Shown here: one piece after another, positions 53,265 to 63,163 of the stretch | How the letters are laid out: each line of letters starts with the position of its first letter | Position numbering within the stretch: position 1 is the stretch's first letter | Origin: a virus | Lineage: Duplodnaviria > Caudoviricetes | Reading direction: 5' to 3' (one strand) | Length of the DNA stretch: 64,000 nucleotides | Virus record (IMG/VR): IMGVR_UViG_3300028833_000053 | Notes under the pieces: generated by a model | The model's database searches: none | Told to the model about the DNA's origin: nothing | Seen by the model: the letters and a program-made list of their open reading frames with translations, nothing else | Made by a program: the position numbers and the translations under genes

Positions 53265-54734
53265 TCACACTCCCTTGTTGATTCTGTCCCGAATTTCGGC
53301 GAAGGTGGTCTTGTTGAGCATCACGCCATCCTTGAACACCGTCTTGAGCGCACTTGCGTTTTCGTTGAGCATCTCCGTGTGTTCGTCCGTCTCAAAGAGG
53401 TTGCCATTGCTGTCGTACTTCACCCAGACGATTCCCTTGTGGCTCTTCTTCAGCTTGCCGGTGTCCGTCTTGGGGTCTTTGTAGATGAAGTGGAACTTGC
53501 CATTCGTCACGCCAGCGCAGGCTTTCTCTGCAACGCCAAAGGTGTCCCGCGTGTTCACAATCAGCTTCTCGTTGTCAAAGATACCCGTGAAGCAGAACGC
53601 GCCAACTCCGAAATAGACGTTGTTCGCCGCGTACTCGTTCTCTTCCATCCACTCCCAAATGCGGCGCACCGTGAAGAGGGTGCATCCATCGCCAAGGATG
53701 ATTCGGATGTGGTTGTCAAGGACGCGGTAGCCCTTCTCGTTCCAGTAGCCCCCAAAGGTATTCCAAAGCGAATCCAGGGTTTTCGTCACAACCTCAAACT
53801 GGTCTCCGGAGTCCGGACGCACAAGCAGTGTTCCATTGTGCTGGAGGATTTCGCTCTTGAGTGAGGGGATGATGTTCTCCACCAGGTTCCAGTAGTCATA
53901 GGTGTCCGAAACCATGCTGAACGAGGTGTTGGGATAGATTTCCGTGAGCATCCTCTTGATGAACGTGACTTCATCCCCATCAATGGCGTAGTTGCTTGCC
54001 ATCACGCTGTGTTCGGTGCTCACCGCTCCCATGCCAATCTTGTTGTTGGTCACGTCGGCGTCATAGTATTTGTCGATGTAGGGAAGGGCGGGAACGGTGC
54101 TTGTCTTGTCAAAGCAGGTCAGCCACGATGCGCTGCAACGGACGCTCTCGTTCACGCAGCTCATTCCACGCATACCAAAGTCTGCCATAGCCTTGCGCGG
54201 GTCTCCGTTGTCAACGGTCTTGTCATAGAACTCCTTTGCAAGGTCAAGGTACATCTTGGAAATTGTGGCATGGTTGCATGTCTTCCAGAGTTCCGCCTGA
54301 AGTATGCACTCCACCCATTGCACAAGCCACGCGAAGTTGTCGTGCGTGTTCGTCACCTCAATGCAGGGGATGCCCATGTTCACCGAAGTCCCCTCAGGGA
54401 TTGCGCGAATCTGCAGGGGCAGATAACCAAGCCTGTGAAGGTCAATGATGTTCGTGGTGGCGTAGCCGCCCTGTGGCAGTTGAACCTTCATGTACTTCTC
54501 GTACTCCGCAATCACATCGTTGATTTCGCGGTCAAAGAAGTTCTTCTTGAAGTAGTCCACAAGGAACTCTTGGATGAACGCCTGAAGTCCGAAGAACACC
54601 ATCTTGTCGCAGGTCTTCAACATGGATTTGCGCGGCGTCCAATACGAATACAGCTTGGTAAGTCCCGGCGCGTACTGGAGCGGGTGGCAGAACTTGTAGG
54701 TGTCGGCCAGAAGCATTGCGTTTGTGTCAATCAT
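53265..54734 (-). CDS. Nicotinamide phosphoribosyltransferase-family enzyme (NAMPT/Namat-like)
   Basis: 'LLADTYK..H..QY', 'DFGMRG', 'STEHSVM', 'VSDTYD', 'VRPDSG', 'RDTFG', 'KDPKTD..KKS.KG'. Confidence 0.92.
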   Translation of the reverse strand: MIDTNAMLLADTYKFCHPLQYAPGLTKLYSYWTPRKSMLKTCDKMVFFGLQAFIQEFLVDYFKKNFFDREINDVIAEYEKYMKVQLPQGGYATTNIIDLHRLGYLPLQIRAIPEGTSVNMGIPCIEVTNTHDNFAWLVQWVECILQAELWKTCNHATISKMYLDLAKEFYDKTVDNGDPRKAMADFGMRGMSCVNESVRCSASWLTCFDKTSTVPALPYIDKYYDADVTNNKIGMGAVSTEHSVMASNYAIDGDEVTFIKRMLTEIYPNTSFSMVSDTYDYWNLVENIIPSLKSEILQHNGTLLVRPDSGDQFEVVTKTLDSLWNTFGGYWNEKGYRVLDNHIRIILGDGCTLFTVRRIWEWMEENEYAANNVYFGVGAFCFTGIFDNEKLIVNTRDTFGVAEKACAGVTNGKFHFIYKDPKTDTGKLKKSHKGIVWVKYDSNGNLFETDEHTEMLNENASALKTVFKDGVMLNKTTFAEIRDRINKGV

Positions 54735-54789
54735 TGTCTTTTTCTCTCTTTGCTTTTTTGAATGTATGATTTTTACTCACAACAGGAAC

Positions 54790-54818
54790 AGTATATCAAA
54801 TCCTGTTCCCATTGTCAA
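54790..54818 (-). promoter_or_regulatory. Early sigma70-type promoter (NAMPT-like gene)
   Basis: TTGACA-N17-TATACT. Confidence 0.8.
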
Positions 54819-54966
54819 GAGGGGGCAATCCAAGTTCTTGCCGTCTCTTGTTCAAGGCATCTCTGAAGTTGTTCTCTACCTTCTGGTATTTCGCAACTTC
54901 CTTGTCCGTTGCATCACAGTCAATGCAACCATAGTTCGTGAGCAGTTCTTCCTTGTAGTCTCTCAT
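54796..54966 (-). CDS. Small hypothetical protein (56 aa, CxxC)
   Basis: MRDYKEELLTNYGCIDCD...; coupled to the PRS-like stop. Confidence 0.45.
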   Translation of the reverse strand: MRDYKEELLTNYGCIDCDATDKEVAKYQKVENNFRDALNKRRQELGLPPLDNGNRI

Positions 54967-54967
54967 T

Positions 54968-55795
54968 TCAAAACTCCCTCACAATCTTGATCTTGTGGCT
55001 TGCCACGCCCCGGAAAATCGAGTTGGTGGCGTAGATGGTCTTGATGAGGTCGCCCTGAATCAGCTTGCCCTTCTCCTTGTCCATCACCGAGTTTTCAAGG
55101 TGGGTGACATAGCAGGAGATTTCGTTCGCTCCCAAGTCCTTCAACTTGCAGGCCGAGTAGTAGAAGGTTCCGCCATAGGCGCAGATGTCATCCACCATCA
55201 GAATGTTCTTGCCCTTCACTTCGTCATAGCCCGCAAGTTCAATCCCCTCAATCTTGCCAGTTTTCCAATCGCGCTTCTTGATGCCAAACGCAACTGGAAG
55301 CCCAAGGTCTTTGAGAATTTCGCTATACCGCTTGCAGGCTCCCTCGTCCGGGAAGAAGAGAACGTCAATCTTGCTCAGCGAGGTCTGGAGGATGCGCTTG
55401 ACATCTCCATATACGCATTCAAAGTCCACATACACCCGGTCAAACAACGCCTCGCTGACCGTGCTATGGGGATTGGAAATGCGAACCTCCTCAAACCCAA
55501 GCCAGTTGATTGTGTCGGCAAACGCCTTGAGAGTGAACACCTCGTCAGAGTTCTTCACCCTGTCCATCCGTGCGTTGGGGACATAGGGAAGGTTCAGCCA
55601 GACCTTGCATCCCTTGTTCTTGAGATGCTTCGTGAGCGCAATCAATTGGAACAGCTCTTCGTCATTGTCATAGAGCCAGGTGATGGTGTACTCTTCGCGC
55701 CTCGGGTCAAACTTCAGAAGTTTCGTCCCATCGGGGAACGCCGTGGGCTTCAGAATCTCCTCTTCAGGAGCAATGTTGCTGTCAATTCTAATCAT
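54968..55795 (-). CDS. PRPP synthetase-like enzyme (Adps-like)
   Basis: 'FPDG', 'LPYVPNARMDR', 'NPHS', 'PDEGA', 'K.RDW.TG.I', 'MVDDICAYGGTF', 'YVTH'. Confidence 0.88.
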   Translation of the reverse strand: MIRIDSNIAPEEEILKPTAFPDGTKLLKFDPRREEYTITWLYDNDEELFQLIALTKHLKNKGCKVWLNLPYVPNARMDRVKNSDEVFTLKAFADTINWLGFEEVRISNPHSTVSEALFDRVYVDFECVYGDVKRILQTSLSKIDVLFFPDEGACKRYSEILKDLGLPVAFGIKKRDWKTGKIEGIELAGYDEVKGKNILMVDDICAYGGTFYYSACKLKDLGANEISCYVTHLENSVMDKEKGKLIQGDLIKTIYATNSIFRGVASHKIKIVREF

Positions 55796-55827
55796 AGGGT
55801 TTTTGCCTTTCTTGGGTTGATGGCAAC

Positions 55828-55856
55828 AGTATATCATATCAGATTCCCGTTGTCAA
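55828..55856 (-). promoter_or_regulatory. Early sigma70-type promoter (PRS-like gene)
   Basis: TTGACA-N17-TATACT. Confidence 0.8.
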
Positions 55857-55874
55857 TAGCCCTTGATAACATAG

Positions 55875-56429
55875 TCAAATTACATCAATCTGGCACATTT
55901 TCATGGTCAGAAGGGCGGCTTTGTTGCTTTCGGGGGTCACTCCTGCCACGCAGTCCTTGCGTACCGTGATTTTGCTGTTGGGAAAGTTGGCGCGTAGCAT
56001 AAGGGCGTTTGAGACAACGCAGATGTCTGTGCAGAATCCAACGATTGTGAATTCATAGTCGGTCTCAAAGGTGGTGATGCCATTCCACTGGCAGTTTGCT
56101 TTTATGTGGTCGATGAGCCAGGTTGAGCCAAATGTAGGCTTCTCGAAGATTTCGGCCTTTGCCTTGCGGAGAAGTGTTTCAACCTCTTCGGGTATTTTCC
56201 ATCCATGGGTGCAGTAAATGCAATGTTCAACTGGAAGTTTCTGCCCCTCAAGGGTTTTCAGATAGTCCTTGCCGTGGGTGTCCATCGTAACATAGGTTTC
56301 ATTGTACTTCTCAGTCTTGAGCAGTTTGACGATGTTGGGCAATGCCTTGATTGCCTCTTCGTTGCGCAATGCGCCTGTGATGAAGTCGTTTTGGACATCT
56401 ATCACAATCAGTATCTTCTTCGTAGCCAT
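55875..56429 (-). CDS. pncA: Nicotinamidase/isochorismatase-family hydrolase
   Basis: 'IDVQNDF', 'D.H', 'HC...T.GW', 'K.TFGS', 'GFCTDICV'. Confidence 0.85.
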   Translation of the reverse strand: MATKKILIVIDVQNDFITGALRNEEAIKALPNIVKLLKTEKYNETYVTMDTHGKDYLKTLEGQKLPVEHCIYCTHGWKIPEEVETLLRKAKAEIFEKPTFGSTWLIDHIKANCQWNGITTFETDYEFTIVGFCTDICVVSNALMLRANFPNSKITVRKDCVAGVTPESNKAALLTMKMCQIDVI

Positions 56430-56498
56430 TCTGGAAATTCCTCCATTGTTCTGGTTTTAGGTTTGCCCACGCAATCCCGCATGGGTTGTTCACCATCA

Positions 56499-56527
56499 AT
56501 TATACCAAATCTCCGGGAAAATGTAAA
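56499..56527 (-). promoter_or_regulatory. Sigma70-type promoter (pncA)
   Basis: TTTACA-N17-TATAAT with extended TG. Confidence 0.7.
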
Positions 56528-56543
56528 GGGGGTCTGACAGACA

Positions 56544-56574
56544 AAAAACCACACCCTTTCGGATGTGGTTTCTT
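56544..56574 (-). terminator. Intrinsic terminator
   Basis: AAACCACA...TGTGGTTT stem with a T run on the minus strand. Confidence 0.6.
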
Positions 56575-56608
56575 GCTTCTCTCTCTCCTCACAAAGTGAA
56601 TTGCTGTT

Positions 56609-59600
56609 TCAATTCCTTGGAGTGAACGAGTTTGGACCGGCCTTGGCGTTCCTCTCCAACTGCTCATAACTCAATGCACCATTCCAGATGCGCACCTCGT
56701 CGTAGGTGGCTTTCGCGTCCGAATATCTGGAATTCTGACCATTGTAAGCGTTTTCCTTCGGCTTGAACTGCGGCTCCTTGGAGATGTTGAGGCTGAACGA
56801 AGGGGTCTGGCTTTCAAGATGGGATAGCGTCCAATCCGGCACCGTATGCGTTCCCGAAGCCTCCACTTCGCCTGTCGTCGCGTTGCGCCGCGCGAAATTC
56901 ACCACGGTGCCGCCGTTGCCGTCCGCCTTAAAGGTGAAGGAGAAGTGGTACATCGTACCGACGGCGGCTGGCATGATGTCGCTCTTGCTACTGTAGGACG
57001 TAAGATCACCCTTCTTCACGATGAAGATGTCGTTTCCTTGAGCGTTTTCGTCGCTCCAATAATAGGCAAAGCACTGCTTGCTTTGGCTATAGCCGACATA
57101 GTAGTTATTGGGCGCGCCATACTCGAACATGATCTCCGCAGCAGACAGGGCATTGTTCTTCGCCCAGATTTCAATCGTCGTGTCGCCGCCGTCCGTGAGG
57201 TTCTTGCCTAGATCGACCGATCCCCAGCCCCAAGCTCCCCCCGAGAAATTGACCTGCCCATTTGCAAAAGTGGTTCTATTTCCTCCCCAAACACTCCCGT
57301 TTTCACTCCCGCCGACAGTATCGGTGTAGTCGCCGTTGTTGAAGCTCCAGCGGTGTGCCACTGTAAACCAAGTTGCAGTGCTTGTGACTCCTGCGGAAAT
57401 CAGTTTCTGCTTCACCTATTCAGAATCTCCTCCGTTTGGAAAGATGATGACCGAATTGACGTTGGTGCATCCCAAGAATGCGCTTTCCCCAATGCTTTCC
57501 ACAGAATCAGGTATTCTAATGTCCTTGATCTAAGTGCATCCATTGAAAGCGTATACCCCAATGGTATTCACGCCAGATGGAAGCGCAATTTCTTCAATTT
57601 TGCCGCATCCATCAAATGCGTGGCCTCCAATTGTCGTGAGGTTTCCGGGCATAGTGATTGATGCAAGGTTGGTGCATTCACTGAACACGTTAGTTCCAAT
57701 GTTGGACACCGTGTTTGGAAGGAGGATTTCATTGAGTGTCGGGCACTTGTAGAAAGCCCCATTGTCAAGTCCGGTGACGGCCTCGCCCAATGACACCCTC
57801 GTTATGCCAGGTTCGTTCCATTCACCATCAGTTGATTTCTGAAGTCCCGCATTTTTGGTGTTCTGCTTTGTCACCACGCCACCGAACTCATAGTCTTTCG
57901 TCGTTCCGTCCTGGAACGTTATCTTCGCCTGTGCAGACCAATTTGGTGTTTCGTATGTTATGTCATCTCTTGTGATGAGTACATACGGGATTACATTCAA
58001 GTTGGCAGAAGCCATACCTGATTGTCCACCAGACATAGTGCTAATATAGGCATATGTATCGCCTGTTGTTTGATATTTGAACTTGACGGTCGCTGGGCCG
58101 TTTATGGAAAGTGGATTGTTGCCGTTGATGCTGACAAGGAAGAAGTCGGATTTGCCCAAGCCGTTCCTTATTGCTTTCAAAGTTGTCACTCCCGGTCTGT
58201 TTACTATTACAGTGGTCTCCCCGGATACCTTATTGACCTTTATGTTGTCAATGCTACTGGTATCGCCAGATGGCAATTTGCTTACATCATTGAGTTCAAT
58301 CGTGAACACTGGATTACTGCAATCTTCTCTCACAGTGAAAGTCCTGCTTTCTTTCATGGAGAACACAAGGTTGGTGGTTGTTCCCATGTCAACAACCTAT
58401 GGCGAAAACTCGCGCATTCTCGCTGGCTGGTAGTTGCTCCACGAATAGATGTTCACGTTTTGAGCTGTCCATTGCTGGTTGGTTCTCCATTCGCCATATA
58501 GGGCGTCTGGGACGATGACGTTCACTCTGTGGGAAATCCCGTCAAATGGGTCAAGTGGCATGCCGCCGCCGGTCACAAGTTTCACGATGTTGGTGACACC
58601 ATACCCGTATCCATCGCAGAAGAACAGCTCCTCAAGGTTGACGCAGTTGTGGAAACACCACCTCCATACCTCCTCGCACGATGGAGCGACGACCTTCTTT
58701 AGATGGTTGCAGCTGCTAAACGTGATGCTTCCGAGAATCTTGGCATTTGGCAGTCTAATCTCCTCCATTGAATTGCAGTACGCAAAACCGTCGTTTCTGT
58801 TCTGCGGAAGACCAGCCTGTGCCTTTGTATGATCCACTGAATCCAGATTCACGCGGGAAAGGGCATGACATGAGAAAAACGTCTCGAACCCTATGCTATC
58901 TGCGCTAAATAGGTCAGCATACCCAAGTTGGTTGCATTGCTTGAACGCCCTCTCTCCAATTGTGTTGGCAAGTGGGAAACGCGCCTCCCTGAGCTTCCGA
59001 CAGTACATGAACGCCTCGTTTCCAATTTTCTGTAGGTTCTTCGCGTCAAACTCCTGAAGATTGTGGCAGTTGTACATGGACTGGTACCCGATTGACACAA
59101 GGTTTGGAGCGTAGACCTTCTTGAGGTTTTCGCTTCCATAGAACGCATAGTCTGCGATGTTGGTTGCAGATGGAAGATGGATTTCGGTCAACTGACACAT
59201 TCTAAACATGTTTTTGTCCACATTGAGCATGGACGGAAGTGAAAGCGATGTTACCGAACTGTTATTGAATGGACTGAACCAAAATGTGAATTCGTAGTTC
59301 TTGGCCTCCTCTGGATGTATTTCCACCCAGTCTTCAATACTCGCATCATATCCCCAGGACTAGTTCTGCAAATTTGTCGCAGAGCTGAAATCCACTTTCT
59401 TTACCTTGTAGTCCTGCTCAAGGAGCGCAAATGGCACCGTCTCAAGTTTTGGCAGGAAAATTGAACGAAGATTTTCACACTCATAGAACGCCTATGCGCC
59501 ATCTATGCTGACGAGATTTGGAAAATCCACCACTTCCAGCGAAGTGCAGTCCATAAAATGGTTCCCCTGTGGCGTAACCTCTCCATCGAATAGAACACCT

Positions 59601-60433
59601 CCCATTCTGGTCAGATTTGGCATGTTCACGTATTTCAGAGACCCGTCGTATATGAACGCATTTATGTCAATGTTCTCGACAATTGGGAAATTCGCAATCA
59701 AGAGGTTCGGACACACTCCTAGACCTTGCTACTGGATGTTCGTGACAGTCGGCCCGTCAACTTGAACAAGATTGTCAAACCTAGTAAGTCCACCCACGCC
59801 TATCTGGGTTATGTTGGTTCCAGCGTAGAAACCAACAAGACGCTGGCGGAGGTTTGTCATTGCATATGTCTGTCCATCATGCTCGAACTGGGTGGCCAAG
59901 TTCAGCGCGCCATCTTCCCCAACTGGCATGTCAACCTCCATTCTCGTCCCGTCAGACATGACAAGCACGGACTTCTCAAGCGGCGCCCCTGCCCTAATGT
60001 GTCCAGACGCAAGAATGGCCTTCTTCAACGTCTCCTCGGTGACAGCAGACTTCTTCAGATCGGCTATCGCAGCGAATCCAAACTAGTCGTCGTCAGAAAA
60101 CACTGGCTTCGTCAGGTCGGCATTCATCAGCGTATTGGTTGGAGTGGTAGCACGGACGCGCACTGGCTGCCCAACTGCTCTTGGTTTCAGAAGGTTCCTG
60201 GCTGGATTTTCCTTCTGTATGGAAGTGTCGTCCAAAAGCCTCAACCGATGGGCAGAAACAGTATTCTTGAGTTTTTCAAGGATGCTTTCTGGAATCTCAC
60301 GATGTGGGATATAGCCATCATCAGGCAGTGTTGAATTTTCCACATACTGACTCTGACCCAGTAGTGTAGACGACACTGTGGCCAGCAAAATCCATGCGGC
60401 CAACATGTTTTTCATCATTCTTCTTTTTTTCAT
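56609..60433 (-). CDS. Signal-peptide-bearing BspA-LRR + LamG/ConA protein (~1274 aa, seven TAG=Gln)
   Basis: Six ORF fragments are in one frame via TAGs at 60083, 59729, 59492, 59360, 58397, 57530 and 57416; LRR repeats run across the TAGs; C-terminal 'AHRWSFN...TIEIW...YDEVRIWNGALS' LamG. Confidence 0.8.
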
Positions 60434-60502
60434 GGTATTTTGACATATTATTATCGTTTTTTAGAAAATTTTGCAAAAGTTGCGTGTGTCATTTAGTTGC
60501 AA

Positions 60503-62089
60503 TCATGAACCACGCTTGAACGCGGAAAGAAACTCTATCATCGCGTCCTTGATTTCCGGGATACTGGACGCGGCTTCAATCTTCTTCGTGGCATTGGTCG
60601 CAGCAGCCTCCGCTCCAGGTATTTCCCACAAGTTGTGGGTGTGTCCTTCCAACGAAACCTGCTTGCCGTTGACGGTCAAGTTGGTCACTTCCATCGTGTT
60701 GAACTGTATGCCCTCTTGAAGGTCAGCCATTCTGACGAATTCGTTTGTGATTGTGGAATACAACGAGTTTGTCGCTGAACTTACGTCTGATTTCACTGCC
60801 ACCCGCTCTCCGTTCACCGTGAGGTTCGTTGCTTCCATGTTGTCAAACGTGATTCCAGCTTGCAAGTCCTCCATCTTGACAAATTCGTTTGTCATTGTCT
60901 GGTAGAGCTTGTTGGTTGCGGAATCCACGTCCTTCAACCTTGCAACGCCGTTGGTGGAATCGTTGAACTCATACGTCTCATCACCCAAAACTATCTTGTC
61001 CTGTTTATATTCGGTGATTGGTTCGGGTCCGGGTGTGAGGAATTTTATAGCGTCATGGGTGACTTCAACTTTTCCAAGACCAAACACCCATGATGGATCG
61101 TTGGTGTCGGGTTGTACTTTTATGGAACCGGTTGCGATTCCATTTGTTGCATCCAACTTCGCGGAGATTGCAACGTCAAGCAAGTTGGAAGTTGTGTTCA
61201 AGTCAGTTTTCACGTTGTTAACCTTGTTTGAGACGTATTCCAAATCCTCTTCAACGGTCACAACCCTGTTGGAAAGGCTTTCAATGTTGTCGGTGTTCTC
61301 CGCGTCCTTTGCCTCAAGCCTTGCAATGGTGTTGGTGGTTTCAGTCTCAAACTCTTCAAGTTCCGCGTTTGTGTTGTCAATCCTTGCACCCAACGCGATG
61401 TCCGCGTCATTGAGGCGTTCAAAGTTGTTCGTGACGTAGATTTGGAAGTCGCGCAACGTCATCTTGAAGAACAAAAGGTCTGCCCTGAAACCAGCAACGT
61501 CACGGTTCATTTCATCAATGGTGCTGTTAAAGGCATTGAGGTCTCCACCAAGACGTTCAATTTCCCGGACAGAAGCATCATATCTGGTGCTGAGGTTGTG
61601 TAGGTTTTCCGTGAGAACGTCTATTTTCCCATTCGTGGAAATCTTGAACGTGTTTAGGTCGGTTTGAGTTGGAAGAACGGCCTGTTCAAGCCACCACGCC
61701 AAGGTATGACCCTCAATGTAGATGCTTGATGTTCCATTTTGGAATCTGACAATTTGGTTGCTGAATGTAATGTCTGGACTGCCAATCCATGAAGAGAAGA
61801 ATGGGTCTGTTTCATGGTATGACCCAATGGCATCGTCGAGCCAATACTGCAATGATTTTCCACCAATGAGGAAATAGTCTTTTGTGGTTGTGAAGTCCAG
61901 GGTTTCGTTCGTGAACGTCAAACGTGGCTTCTAAACCCATGCGGTGAACACGTTGTCGCATTCCTGCGTCACCACGTAATCAGTTGTTTTTACCTTGCCC
62001 AAGAGCCTTTGACCGGGTTCAGCCGCGAAGCACATACCCATCAAGGTCATGGCAAGTACAACAATTGTTTTCTTGAATATGCTTTTCAT
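60503..62089 (-). CDS. Fibre/adhesin-like coiled-coil protein with N-terminal signal peptide (one TAG=Gln)
   Basis: ATG 62089 'MKSIFKKTIVVLAMTLMGMCFAA', TAG at 61931; long coiled coil and a duplicated 'TNEFV.M.DLQ.GI.F..ME.TNLTVNG' repeat. Confidence 0.65.
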
Positions 62090-62110
62090 TTCATTTCCTC
62101 TTTACTTAAA

Positions 62111-62848
62111 TTAGCCATTGAGCGAGGTCTTTATTGCTCGCAGAAGTTCGTTCACTTTTTCGGCAACCTCTTCCAGGGTTACTCCCGATGGAACATCCAA
62201 CGTATTGACTCCAGCCGCCTGTGCCAACGTTATTTCCTTTATCAGGTCGCGTATGGGCTTGTTGTCAACATAGAGTTCGTTTACACGCGCATTGTTGAGG
62301 CTCAAGTCATCAACTTTCAGGTTGGCGTTTCCGTTTGAGTCAATCGTTCCTTGAATCACGTTGTTTTCGTGATCGGTCAAGGAAACAGACATCATTGAGG
62401 AAAGTTGGACGGGAACAACCTGTACGCCGTTGTAGCTGACGTATACATAGGGTGTGCATTTTGTCCAACCGTTTCCACTGGTTTCCTTCACAACGAGGAA
62501 ATCACCAGGTTTCGGCACTGGAGCCACCGGTCCAGGTGGCAATGGTTCAAGGGGTCTTACTTGACCGTCCACGCTGCTTGACACCCACACCCTTGCCCCT
62601 GCATAGGGAAAGCGGATGTTCACGACTTTCTTTCCATACTCATCCAGTGTTGTCTTCTATATAACGTCATTTACCTTTACGTCCTGTACGAAAATGTTTC
62701 TGACATCTTCCGCTTTGTCAGTTGCATTGTTCACGGACATAAGCTTTCCGGTGAATTCGTTTTTCTGGTTCGTGAACTTGACCTGTTCATCTGATTCACG
62801 CTCAAGATCCACCGAAATGTAGTTTCTTGGTTGTTTTTGCTCTGCCAT
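62111..62848 (-). CDS. Fibre-associated/structural protein (one TAG=Gln)
   Basis: ORFs 62657-62848 and 62111-62623 are joined by TAG at 62657; GTAAATA at 62898. Confidence 0.6.
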
Positions 62849-62990
62849 GTTGTTTTCCTCAATCTTGTAATGCTTGGAACATGTATTGACTTGTATGTAT
62901 TTACAAAAGATGGGGCTAAATACAACATAACTAATGGGTGTGCCATAGTGACACACCCACATAAACTTACGTAAATTTGCGTTACGTCAA

Positions 62991-63122
62991 TTAGCGAAAG
63001 TCGCTGACGTGGATTCTGGGACGGTCGGACTTCTCTTCAGGAGTTCCACTTGACAAAAACCACATTGAAACCAATGCGAGTATTCCAAGAATGGCTATTG
63101 CGGCGATGATGACGTTCTTCAT
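62991..63122 (-). CDS. Small single-pass membrane protein
   Basis: MKNVIIAAIAILGILALVSMWFL...; TTTACA-N17-TATAAT at 63163-63191. Confidence 0.5.
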   Translation of the reverse strand: MKNVIIAAIAILGILALVSMWFLSSGTPEEKSDRPRIHVSDFR

Positions 63123-63163
63123 TTCAATTTGCTTTCTTTGGTGTGTTTGTGTGTGATAGTTCA

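Noticed and set aside
12502-62848. Fragmented structural genes as pseudogenes or sequencing errors
   Set aside because: Every break is an in-frame TAG, with no frameshifts and no internal TAA/TGA, and paralogs have Gln at the equivalent position.
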